In this document: positions 16,789-24,841 of the stretch, piece after piece
Numbering within the stretch: position 1 is the stretch's first letter
How the letters are laid out: every line of letters starts with the position of its first letter
Origin: a phage
Sequence record: NC_105507.1
Reading direction: 5' to 3' (one strand)
DNA length: 49,995 nt
The notes under the pieces: generated by a model
The model's input: only the letters and a program-made list of their open reading frames with translations
Told to the model about the DNA's origin: nothing
The model's database searches: none
Translations under genes and position numbers: made by a program

Positions 16789-17019
16789 ATGTACATTAAA
16801 AAGAAGATGAAATGCGTTTCCGTTAACTATGCTTGCTCTGGCATGTTCAAGCCTGGCGAAATCTATACGGCGCAAAAACTGAAATCATCAACCGGATCTT
16901 TTTACGTGAGCAATAGTAAGGGGCATCGCATGTTCCTGAACGGCGGCGAAGGCACTAAGGTTATGGCACACGCTATGGTAATGGCTGAATTTGAGGAAGT
17001 GAAAGATGAAAACAAATAA
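16789..17019 (+). CDS. hypothetical protein
   Basis: AAGGAG RBS before ATG 16789. Confidence 0.5.
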   Translation: MYIKKKMKCVSVNYACSGMFKPGEIYTAQKLKSSTGSFYVSNSKGHRMFLNGGEGTKVMAHAMVMAEFEEVKDENK

Positions 17020-17227
17020 GCGCGTCAAGCACAGGTTTACTGATAACCACGGCGACGCGATTGATGTATACAAGTTTGGCGATCGAGTTTTTATTGATGG
17101 CACGTTTGAAGGTGGGCGTAGGCCGGATTTTAGGTCGATACTTACCGTTGACCAAGTGCGCAAGCTGGCAGATAAGTTAAATGATCTGGCAGATGAAATA
17201 GAATACAAGCAAATCCATTTTAATTGA
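17006..17227 (+). CDS. hypothetical protein
   Basis: ORF overlapping upstream stop. Confidence 0.5.
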   Translation: MKTNKRVKHRFTDNHGDAIDVYKFGDRVFIDGTFEGGRRPDFRSILTVDQVRKLADKLNDLADEIEYKQIHFN

Positions 17228-17238
17228 TAGGTTTTATA

Positions 17239-17949
17239 ATGAAAAAATACACTTTCGAACTATGGGGCAAGAAGTACGAATTAATCACCAGCAAGCCGAT
17301 TGTTATCGTTGACCTGGACGGCACACTATCGGACGGATCGCATCGTTTGCATTTGCTGCCAACTGAAAACTTACACCTTACGGAATCGTGGAGCGAATTT
17401 AACAGGGCCGCCGCCGGAGATTCACCGATTAAAAGCACGATCGCGGTTATTAACGGTTTGTGGGTGTCGGGATTTGCCATCGTCATCTTGACCGGACGCA
17501 GCGACGAGGTGCGCTATGAAACCTGCAAATGGTTGAATGAGAGCGGCGTGAAGTTTGACGAAATCATCATGCGCCGCCAGGAGGACAACCGAAAGGATAC
17601 GGTTATTAAAGAAGAAGCCTTGCGCGCTATTGGCCTGGACAACATTGTTTGCGCCTTTGACGATTCGCCGAACGTGGTTAAGCACTTCCGCAGCTTGGGG
17701 ATCACAACCTATCAGGTCACGGAATACGACAAGCCACACGCTCACATACAATCTCACGGCGTGGAATCAATAAAGATCACGAAGCGCGCCCGATTCGTCG
17801 ACAGCAAAGACAGCATGGTTAATGCCAGCTTTATCAAAGGCAAGGTTTATGATGTTCATAGCCATGATAAAAACCGATTCTTTTTGTGGGATGAAAAAGG
17901 TTTTGGCTGGTGCTTTGAACACGACGACGGCGATTTTGTTAATGCGTAA
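17239..17949 (+). CDS. HAD-superfamily phosphatase (nucleotidase / polynucleotide 3'-phosphatase-like)
   Basis: DLDGT motif I, LTGRS motif II, FDDS motif IV. Confidence 0.75.
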   Translation: MKKYTFELWGKKYELITSKPIVIVDLDGTLSDGSHRLHLLPTENLHLTESWSEFNRAAAGDSPIKSTIAVINGLWVSGFAIVILTGRSDEVRYETCKWLNESGVKFDEIIMRRQEDNRKDTVIKEEALRAIGLDNIVCAFDDSPNVVKHFRSLGITTYQVTEYDKPHAHIQSHGVESIKITKRARFVDSKDSMVNASFIKGKVYDVHSHDKNRFFLWDEKGFGWCFEHDDGDFVNA

Positions 17950-17992
17950 TAGCACTTTTTGTTAAAACATCTTAACGGGCTTGCGGTATAGT
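17950..17992 (+). promoter_or_regulatory. TAGCAC-box promoter-like cassette
   Basis: exact box after TAA stop; TATAGT in loop of GGGCTT/AAGCCC hairpin at 22-bp spacing. Confidence 0.55.
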
Positions 17993-18023
17993 AAGCCCAT
18001 CAACAACAAGCGAGGATTAAATC

Positions 18024-18287
18024 ATGGCTAACAAGATCGAATTTTTCAAAGCGGTAGACATTATTGATGGTGCTCCTAGCTTCTTTGCCATCCATTCCAT
18101 TGACGGCAAGGATATTGGGTACAACGTTATCCGTCGAGATGGAATCTCAAAACTTAGCGATCTGGTAGGGCATATTGTGTCAAACGGGAAGTGCGCATGG
18201 CCCGATTCGCCACGAGAGCCACGCCGCCTCGACATGGTAGAGCCTGTTCTGCTTTACACTCTGGTAGTAGAAGGAGAAAATAAATGA
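18024..18287 (+). CDS. hypothetical protein
   Basis: GAGG RBS. Confidence 0.5.
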   Translation: MANKIEFFKAVDIIDGAPSFFAIHSIDGKDIGYNVIRRDGISKLSDLVGHIVSNGKCAWPDSPREPRRLDMVEPVLLYTLVVEGENK

Positions 18288-18469
18288 TTTGGTTACTTGC
18301 TTTTTTGGTTGTTTTTCTTTACATTTCAGGCTTGTTTACGTTCCGCGCGTTGGTGAAATATTCTGACGCGACAGACAAAGACGATAAAATCGTTCTCGCT
18401 TTCTGGTTTGTTTGGGTGTGGTTAGCAATTTACGAGATCATCAGAGACAAACAGAAATTTGAGTGGTGA
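18284..18469 (+). CDS. small membrane protein
   Basis: hydrophobic 61-aa ORF, ATGA overlap. Confidence 0.45.
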   Translation: MIWLLAFLVVFLYISGLFTFRALVKYSDATDKDDKIVLAFWFVWVWLAIYEIIRDKQKFEW

Positions 18470-18528
18470 TTCTTGCTATGGCGCATTCATGCAGTGCGCC
18501 ATGTTGAGAAAACCTAAAGGGGGAGACG

Positions 18529-18648
18529 ATGCGTAACTTTGAAAAAATCATTACCAAAAAGAAGCGTCGCGGGTACGATGAGCATGTGGAGCTTGTGAAA
18601 GCAACGCAAGAAGCGCAACGAAGACAAGAAGCGCGGGAAAAAATTTAA
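18529..18648 (+). CDS. small basic protein (39 aa)
   Basis: below track cutoff; GGGGGAG RBS; preceded by perfect inverted repeat ATGGCGCA..TGCGCCAT. Confidence 0.3.
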   Translation: MRNFEKIITKKKRRGYDEHVELVKATQEAQRRQEAREKI

Positions 18649-18678
18649 TGCGATTTTTCGCTATGGAGATCATTAATC

Positions 18679-19269
18679 ATGAAGCGAGACATTATCATCC
18701 TTAATGGGCCGCCAGGTTGCGGGAAGGACACTATTGCAGCTTACCTAACGGGCCATCGTTACCCAGCGGTTAAGGCGTCATTCAAACAGCCGATGTTCGA
18801 TATTGCGTTTTCCATGCTTGGCCCGACTCGATATGATGAGTTTATTGACCTGTACAACGACCGAGAGCAAAAAGAAAAGCCTCAAGTTATCTTAGGCGGC
18901 AAGTCACCTCGACAATTCATGATCTGGATTAGCGAGGATGTAATGAAGCCAGTCTTTGGGGAGCAGTATTTCGGGCGTCGAATGGTTGAAGAGATTAACG
19001 AGATGTACCGAGATTTGACGGTTGTGATCAGTGATGGCGGATTCCCCGAAGAAATCAAGCCGCTTGTTAAGGCAGGGCATGAAGTGCATATTTGCCGATT
19101 GCATCGCGACGGCTTCACGTTTGCTGGCGATTCGAGAGACTACATTGACCTGAGCGGTTATCACTATCGAATCCATCACTATGACTTCCACTTGCAGGAC
19201 GGCAAGCCGGAACTGGCTGTAAACGAGATCGTCAATGCTGTCAAATGGAAGCACACACAGATTAAATAG
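18679..19269 (+). CDS. P-loop nucleotide kinase (dNMP kinase-like)
   Basis: P-loop GPPGCGKDT resembling the GKDT loop of phage dNMP kinases; GGAG RBS. Confidence 0.7.
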   Translation: MKRDIIILNGPPGCGKDTIAAYLTGHRYPAVKASFKQPMFDIAFSMLGPTRYDEFIDLYNDREQKEKPQVILGGKSPRQFMIWISEDVMKPVFGEQYFGRRMVEEINEMYRDLTVVISDGGFPEEIKPLVKAGHEVHICRLHRDGFTFAGDSRDYIDLSGYHYRIHHYDFHLQDGKPELAVNEIVNAVKWKHTQIK

Positions 19270-19309
19270 CACTAATTGCTAAACGCGGGGCGCAATGCCT
19301 CGCTATAAT
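19267..19309 (+). promoter_or_regulatory. TAGCAC-box promoter-like cassette (variant)
   Basis: TAGCACTAATTGCTAAAC, imperfect hairpin, TATAAT at 22-bp spacing. Confidence 0.5.
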
Positions 19310-19339
19310 GCAAACACCAATCAACGAGAGGAAACAATC

Positions 19340-19741
19340 ATGGTGGAGTTAAACGACATTCGCGTTGGAACAAAATTTCGCGTAACCTGGGCAGATAAAT
19401 ATTGTGGCGTTAGCAAGGGCCAGGTTGTTGCGGTGGATAGTATTTATCGTGGTGTTAGTGGTGACTTTCGCCGTCCGCGCATCAATAATGGCTATATTAT
19501 TACTCGCCGTATTGGCTTTGATAATTATTGCGTAGTGGCGACTCAAGGAGTTTTGATTGAGCTTAAGAGAATCAGCGATCATCGCGGTCGTCATGTTAAG
19601 GCAATGAAAACACCATTTCAGCGAGCGAGATACGATGCGCGACGTATGCGCCGACTTGCGCGAAATGCGATCAAGTTCAAAAAGCCTGGCGATGATTTTT
19701 ACGGCATGTATAAGGGGATTGCGCGCAATGCTGGGAAATAA
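19340..19741 (+). CDS. hypothetical protein
   Basis: GAGG RBS before ATG 19340 (track ORF from 19295). Confidence 0.5.
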   Translation: MVELNDIRVGTKFRVTWADKYCGVSKGQVVAVDSIYRGVSGDFRRPRINNGYIITRRIGFDNYCVVATQGVLIELKRISDHRGRHVKAMKTPFQRARYDARRMRRLARNAIKFKKPGDDFYGMYKGIARNAGK

Positions 19742-19840
19742 CAATAACGCAACGAATCCTAAGACACCTTTTGATTTTCATTCCGCAATGATTGCGGTAT
19801 TATCAATGCTACTTTTTCTTTATAGCATGAGGGCGCTACT

Positions 19841-20089
19841 ATGGTTTTTAACGCATTGAAACGACTGTTTAAGCCGGAATACCGGATCGTATTTTGCCGC
19901 GACTGTTCTACTTATCATGTGCAGCGACGCAGCTTAGGCGGCAATTGGCACTATGTTACAGACGACTTTTTCGGCATCATTGCCACTGAATTTAAGTATT
20001 ACAGCGATGCTTATATGTACGTCAAGAAGCGCCACCGCTTACGCAAGTGTCGTTTTTCCGTGCTGATTCACGTTAATGATTGTTACTGA
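19841..20089 (+). CDS. hypothetical Cys-containing protein
   Basis: GAGGG RBS. Confidence 0.45.
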   Translation: MVFNALKRLFKPEYRIVFCRDCSTYHVQRRSLGGNWHYVTDDFFGIIATEFKYYSDAYMYVKKRHRLRKCRFSVLIHVNDCY

Positions 20090-20096
20090 GGTGAAA

Positions 20097-20258
20097 ATGA
20101 AAACTGGTATTATTATTCTTTTCCTGATTCTTTTCGGCAGTCATTTAACCATTAACTATGAGGGCATTATGGCCTTTTGGGGCAACTTGATTATGTTTGC
20201 CGCTGGTTCAATTGCTGGCTACTCTGACGGGAAAAGGATGGTGTGCGCAAGATGCTGA
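20097..20258 (+). CDS. small membrane protein
   Basis: hydrophobic; GAGGTG RBS before ATG 20097. Confidence 0.4.
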   Translation: MKTGIIILFLILFGSHLTINYEGIMAFWGNLIMFAAGSIAGYSDGKRMVCARC

Positions 20259-20289
20259 TGGGGCTTAAACAAAAATAAGGGGATATGAA

Positions 20290-20580
20290 ATGGCAAACAA
20301 AACTTACCGCAAACTACTGGTTAACGCTTTTGAAAACATCGCGCAGTGTAACAAGTGGAACGACTCTAAACACTCGCCAGTCACAATGAAGCGCGCTGGA
20401 TTCAAAAATGCTCGTTCATGGGCGAGAGCTTTCGCATCTTGCTATATGCCGGATGGCGGATTAGGGGTGATGAACGATTTTTTGATCAACATGATAGAGC
20501 AAGCGGCGCGAGAGGATCGACCGCTGACACAGCGAGATTTTGACGACTTCGCGCGCGATGAGCTTTACTATCTGAGCTAA
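20290..20580 (+). CDS. hypothetical protein
   Basis: AAGGGG RBS. Confidence 0.5.
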   Translation: MANKTYRKLLVNAFENIAQCNKWNDSKHSPVTMKRAGFKNARSWARAFASCYMPDGGLGVMNDFLINMIEQAAREDRPLTQRDFDDFARDELYYLS

Positions 20581-20623
20581 TAGCACTTTTTGTTAAAACT
20601 TCCGCAAGGGCATTTGGTAAAGT
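20581..20623 (+). promoter_or_regulatory. TAGCAC-box promoter-like cassette
   Basis: exact box right after TAA stop; TAAAGT in loop of AAGGGCA/TGCCCTT hairpin. Confidence 0.5.
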
Positions 20624-20655
20624 GCCCTTATTGAAGCGAAACAGAGGAAAGCGCA

Positions 20656-20868
20656 ATGAAAATCAAAATCACCAAAATCGACACTATCAACGGCGACGGA
20701 TCAATCACTCTTGAGCAATGTGGCTTGGTTGTTGGTGATGTGCTGGAAGTTGACGGACATTTCAGCGACGGATCTTATTGTGTTATTGCGCCGCGCAACA
20801 GCGAGTTTATCAAGGCTGGCGACAATATTAGTGTTAACCATGACGAATGCGAGGTAGTAGAAGAATGA
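20656..20868 (+). CDS. hypothetical acidic protein
   Basis: GAGGAAA RBS. Confidence 0.5.
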   Translation: MKIKITKIDTINGDGSITLEQCGLVVGDVLEVDGHFSDGSYCVIAPRNSEFIKAGDNISVNHDECEVVEE

Positions 20869-21098
20869 TCACGATTAACCTTTCAGAGAAGCAAGCATAT
20901 CAAGTGATGCGCTACATTTCTGGCTTTGGTATGGAAGGCGCTATGGGTGAAGTTGCGGATCAGATTTGCCGTCAACTTACACCAGCACCAACGCGAGCGG
21001 CAGAAACTGCCGCATGGCGCAACGAGGCTGGATACATCCAGAAAGCTATTGAAGACTGGAAGCGCATAAACGAGACTATGGAGGAATCAGGTTTATGA
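20865..21098 (+). CDS. hypothetical protein
   Basis: ATGA overlap, GAGG RBS. Confidence 0.5.
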   Translation: MITINLSEKQAYQVMRYISGFGMEGAMGEVADQICRQLTPAPTRAAETAAWRNEAGYIQKAIEDWKRINETMEESGL

Positions 21099-21409
21099 TT
21101 TATATTCACTACTACCAAATCGGAACTAACGAGAACAAGAAAGAGCATCGTTTCATCCATGATGATTTGGACAAGGCAAAGGCACAGCAACAGGTTTTAG
21201 GCGGTGTCATTCAGGCTTTTGAGCCTGTAGAAGATATTGAGTACCGCGAGCATTTAAAAGATGTTGTTATTGATGAGATCTCTTGCTTGATTGATGATAT
21301 GACAAATCACGGCCCTGGTTCCCCGTGGGAAGATGCAGGATCTGTAACGTGGGATAAGGCCAAAGTTAAGACGCTAAACAACTTTCGAGAGATTCTCGAC
21401 GGTTTTTAA
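21095..21409 (+). CDS. hypothetical protein
   Basis: ATGA overlap. Confidence 0.5.
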   Translation: MIYIHYYQIGTNENKKEHRFIHDDLDKAKAQQQVLGGVIQAFEPVEDIEYREHLKDVVIDEISCLIDDMTNHGPGSPWEDAGSVTWDKAKVKTLNNFREILDGF

Positions 21410-21607
21410 TTAAAAACGCATAGCCGTTAGAGCGCCTAAATCGCATTCTAACGAGCTATTTTTCTGGTAAGGTGATTTAATGGATGAGTACAAACAACCC
21501 TCGCAATGGTGCAAAGAGAAGCAGGAGGAAGCACTTGAGCGCGGAGATGTAGAAGAAGCTATGAACTATTTCAAACTTGCGGAAGAATGGAAGGGGAGAG
21601 GATACTG

Positions 21608-21838
21608 ATGTTCGGCATGAACGAGGCGCAATTCAACGCAGCTAAACGCCAGGCTAAAAAGTGCGGCGAGGCAATGAAAGCGGATGTGGAAAAGCGCGGG
21701 AAGTATGTTGATGAAGTAATGAAGGGCATCATTGCAGAACACTACCAGCCAATCGCGCCAATGTTGACGATCACTCAATTCATTTGGCTATGTGGTTACT
21801 TGCGCGGACGTTGGGGGAACGCTTTCGACAGGGAATGA
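21608..21838 (+). CDS. hypothetical protein
   Basis: ATG overlaps stop of a 42-aa upstream ORF (21480..21608) that has a GGTGA RBS. Confidence 0.45.
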   Translation: MFGMNEAQFNAAKRQAKKCGEAMKADVEKRGKYVDEVMKGIIAEHYQPIAPMLTITQFIWLCGYLRGRWGNAFDRE

Positions 21839-21867
21839 TTGACAACTCTTTCCTGATTGGTTAGCAT
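21839..21867 (+). promoter_or_regulatory. sigma70-like promoter
   Basis: TTGACA-17 bp-TAGCAT; followed by palindrome GTGACgcgataGTCAC (21904-21919). Confidence 0.45.
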
Positions 21868-22000
21868 GGCGTCGTTTACATAAGAGCGGCTTTGTCAGAA
21901 CGCGTGACGCGATAGTCACACAACAACGGCGATATGCAGGAGGTTTTTGCAATGCAAAATAATCCGTAAGACGTATCGCCTTTTTTAATGGAGATCCAAA

Positions 22001-22234
22001 ATGATTAAATACAAATTAACCGTTTCTTTCCGTGATACCGTTATTCATCCTTTCTACAATAGCTTTGTTAACAGCTTTACAGTAGAAGCGACAAATGATC
22101 AGCTTTGCGGTGACGAAACTTGCATTTCTATCGGCAATGTTGCTTATCCGATTCACAACATTACCAGCATTAAGCGTGAGGTTGTAGCTGATGAATTACA
22201 AAGTGAAGATGACGATCCGGCGAATGGGGCGTAA
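22001..22234 (+). CDS. hypothetical protein
   Basis: GGAG RBS. Confidence 0.5.
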   Translation: MIKYKLTVSFRDTVIHPFYNSFVNSFTVEATNDQLCGDETCISIGNVAYPIHNITSIKREVVADELQSEDDDPANGA

Positions 22235-22376
22235 CTGCCAATCATGCAAACAGGAATATGAATGCGTAGTTGATGCTCTTGATGAACTGGAAGCAGTAGC
22301 AAAAGCAAAAGAGCAATCGGGCGCTAATCCTGAAACACATCAATTTTCAATTAATCTTGTGAGGGCTTTACAATGA
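22191..22376 (+). CDS. hypothetical protein with CxxC pair
   Basis: GAGG RBS; overlaps upstream gene by 44 nt. Confidence 0.4.
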   Translation: MNYKVKMTIRRMGRNCQSCKQEYECVVDALDELEAVAKAKEQSGANPETHQFSINLVRALQ

Positions 22377-22597
22377 TCGCATTATCTTTCTGCATTGGTT
22401 TTATCATGGCTATCATTATCTTTTCCGTTGTCATGCGCTTTGCTTATAAGTTCGTGATTAATAAAGGTTGGTACGCTTCTGCAATCTGGAGCGAAAAACA
22501 AAATAAATGGCTTGTACGTGGTCAATACCTGATGATCGGCAGCAAGATCCTAAATTCCATTCGAGCCAAAGATGGAAAAGTAAAATATACAGCTTAA
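22373..22597 (+). CDS. small membrane protein
   Basis: N-terminal TMD; ATGA overlap. Confidence 0.45.
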   Translation: MIALSFCIGFIMAIIIFSVVMRFAYKFVINKGWYASAIWSEKQNKWLVRGQYLMIGSKILNSIRAKDGKVKYTA

Positions 22598-22600
22598 AAA

Positions 22601-22630
22601 TTACCCGCCGCACGGCGGGTTTTTTATTGC
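22601..22630 (+). terminator. rho-independent terminator
   Basis: ACCCGCC..GGCGGGT stem plus T-run. Confidence 0.7.
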
Positions 22631-22675
22631 CCGTTGTCTGGTATAATCAGGCATCTAACCAAAGGAGGATTAATA

Positions 22676-23203
22676 ATGGCTAAAAATGTTGAGCCTGCTG
22701 TAAAGGCATTAAATTTCAAAGAGTTATACAATAAAACTTATGGCGATATTGTCACGCTAAACAACCGCCACAAGTACACGCCGGAACAGGTTTTTGATAT
22801 GGCGATCCGCTATTTCACTTGGGCTGAAGAGAATCACATCCAGGCGGCTGAAACTGCTTCCTTTCAGGGTGACGTGTACGAGAGCAGAGTTTACAAGCCT
22901 CGCGTTTTCACGGTTAACGGATTCAGCTTGTATCTCGGCGTGACTGAGGCTGCCGTAAGCAAATGGCGTAAAGAGCCTGGATTCTGCGATGTGATGGAGT
23001 TTGTTGATAAAGTAATTTACGAGCAAAAATTCCAGCTTGCGGCAAATAACATGATTAATGCTGGATTTATCGGTAAAGAGATCGGCGTAGAGAAGCCAGC
23101 AACAGTGAGCGTTGAAGCTAGCGCGGCAGCTAATGCAAGCATTGACGCAGTAACTGCCGATGAGGTGAAAGAGGCTGTTATTGATATTCTGGAGCAACTT
23201 TAA
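22676..23203 (+). CDS. terminase small subunit
   Basis: HTH-like segment, position immediately upstream of large terminase; AGGAGG RBS. Confidence 0.7.
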   Translation: MAKNVEPAVKALNFKELYNKTYGDIVTLNNRHKYTPEQVFDMAIRYFTWAEENHIQAAETASFQGDVYESRVYKPRVFTVNGFSLYLGVTEAAVSKWRKEPGFCDVMEFVDKVIYEQKFQLAANNMINAGFIGKEIGVEKPATVSVEASAAANASIDAVTADEVKEAVIDILEQL

Positions 23204-24771
23204 TGATCATATGGGAAGATTTGACGGCGGCGCAAAAGCGAGCCATTAAAGAAATCAGTGAGCATTCATTCGAAAAGATGATCAGAATCTGGTTTCAGTT
23301 ATTGCAGGGGCAAAAATTCCAGAGCAACTGGCATTTTAGCTTATTGTGCAGTGAGGTAGAGAAGATCATCAATGGAGAGTCGCAGAATGTGATTTTCAAC
23401 ATTACGCCAGGTAGCGGTAAGACTGAGATTTTCTCGATCCACATGTCACCATACGCGTCATTGAAAACTCGGAAGGTGAGAAACCTTAACCTTTCGTTTA
23501 GTGATGGACTTGTCCAGCAAAACAGCAACAGGATAAAGGAGATTATCGGTTCTCCTGAGTGGCAAGAGCTATGGCCAGGAAAACTGGCAAAGGCGAGCGC
23601 AAAAGATCTCATAGTTACGGATGGCGGCAAGGTTAAATTGCAAGTTAACTCACGTTCTATTGGCGGACAGGTAACAGGTTTGCGTGGCGGCTATATGGAC
23701 GATGGTTTTACTGGTATGCTGGTTCTGGACGATCCAGACAAGCCGGATGATATGCTTTCTAAGGTCAAGCGTGAGGCGATCCACATGCGGTTAAAAAACA
23801 CAGTGCGATCGCGTCGAATGAAAGACACTACGCCGATTGTTATGGTGCAACAGCGACTACACGTTAATGATTCCACCTGGTTCATGCTTAATGGCGGGAT
23901 GGGCGGTATTGAGTTTAAAGTTGTGAGCATTCCTGCGCTGGTTACGAAAGAATACCGCGAAACGCTTCCTGATTGGTTGAAGCCTGAATTTGATCGTGAT
24001 GTGTTGTCAAGTAAGCCAGTGATGATAGATGGCGTTGCTCATTATTCATTTTGGCCTGCGAAGGAAAGCGCGGAGGAATTGCTTGCATTGCGCAATGCAG
24101 ATCCTTATACGTTCGCCAGTCAGTACCAACAGCAACCCATCGCGCTTGGCGGCAACGTGTTTAAAACAGAGTGGTTCCAGTATTACGGCAGCGGCGAAAA
24201 ATGCGCACTTCCTAAACCGGATCGCTTTGAATACACATTTATTACTGGTGATACCGCGCAGAAGGCCGGAGAGCTTAACGACTATTCAGTTTTTTGTTAT
24301 TGGGGGATGTATAAGAATCGCGTTTACTTCATTGATGGCATTCGCGGAAAGTGGGAAGCGCCGGATCTTGAATTAAATTTTATTGCCTTCGTTAATCAGT
24401 GCTGGAAGCGCAATAAGGAGTGTGGCAGCTTGCGACGTATCCACATTGAGGATAAGGCCAGCGGCACGGGTTTGATTCAGGGGGCCAAAAAGAAGATCCC
24501 GATTGATATAAATCCCGTTCAGCGAAGCAATGACAAGGTAACGCGAGCAATGGACGCCGCGCCAGTAATGAGGGCCGGACGTGTGGCACTGCCAGAAAGT
24601 CATCCCATGTTACCTGAGATACTGGCAGAGGTTGCAGCGTTCACTTTTGACGATTCTCATCCCCATGATGATATTGTCGATAATATAGTTGATGCTGTTA
24701 ACGTCGAAATGAACTTGGCTGATGATCCGGTAGCAAGGATGAAAAAGCTGGCTGGTCTACGCAATAAATAG
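23203..24771 (+). CDS. terminase large subunit
   Basis: 522 aa, P-loop-like TPGSGKT, acidic C-terminal nuclease region, synteny. Confidence 0.85.
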   Translation: MIIWEDLTAAQKRAIKEISEHSFEKMIRIWFQLLQGQKFQSNWHFSLLCSEVEKIINGESQNVIFNITPGSGKTEIFSIHMSPYASLKTRKVRNLNLSFSDGLVQQNSNRIKEIIGSPEWQELWPGKLAKASAKDLIVTDGGKVKLQVNSRSIGGQVTGLRGGYMDDGFTGMLVLDDPDKPDDMLSKVKREAIHMRLKNTVRSRRMKDTTPIVMVQQRLHVNDSTWFMLNGGMGGIEFKVVSIPALVTKEYRETLPDWLKPEFDRDVLSSKPVMIDGVAHYSFWPAKESAEELLALRNADPYTFASQYQQQPIALGGNVFKTEWFQYYGSGEKCALPKPDRFEYTFITGDTAQKAGELNDYSVFCYWGMYKNRVYFIDGIRGKWEAPDLELNFIAFVNQCWKRNKECGSLRRIHIEDKASGTGLIQGAKKKIPIDINPVQRSNDKVTRAMDAAPVMRAGRVALPESHPMLPEILAEVAAFTFDDSHPHDDIVDNIVDAVNVEMNLADDPVARMKKLAGLRNK

Positions 24772-24788
24772 CACTAATTGCTAAAAAG
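24769..24788 (+). repeat. degenerate TAGCAC box copy
   Basis: TAGCACTAATTGCTAAAAAG overlapping terminase stop; no -10 at canonical spacing. Confidence 0.4.
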
Positions 24789-24800
24789 TTATATAATCAA

Positions 24801-24830
24801 GGCTGGATTTTTCCAGCCTTTTTTATTATG
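24801..24830 (+). terminator. rho-independent terminator
   Basis: GGCTGGA..TCCAGCC stem plus T6. Confidence 0.6.
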
Positions 24831-24841
24831 GAGATTTGACG

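Noticed and set aside
21934-21969. 11-codon mini-ORF inside the 21928-21986 hairpin loop as a leader peptide
   Set aside because: No RBS, no run of regulatory codons, and it may be chance; kept only as a note within the regulatory-region finding.
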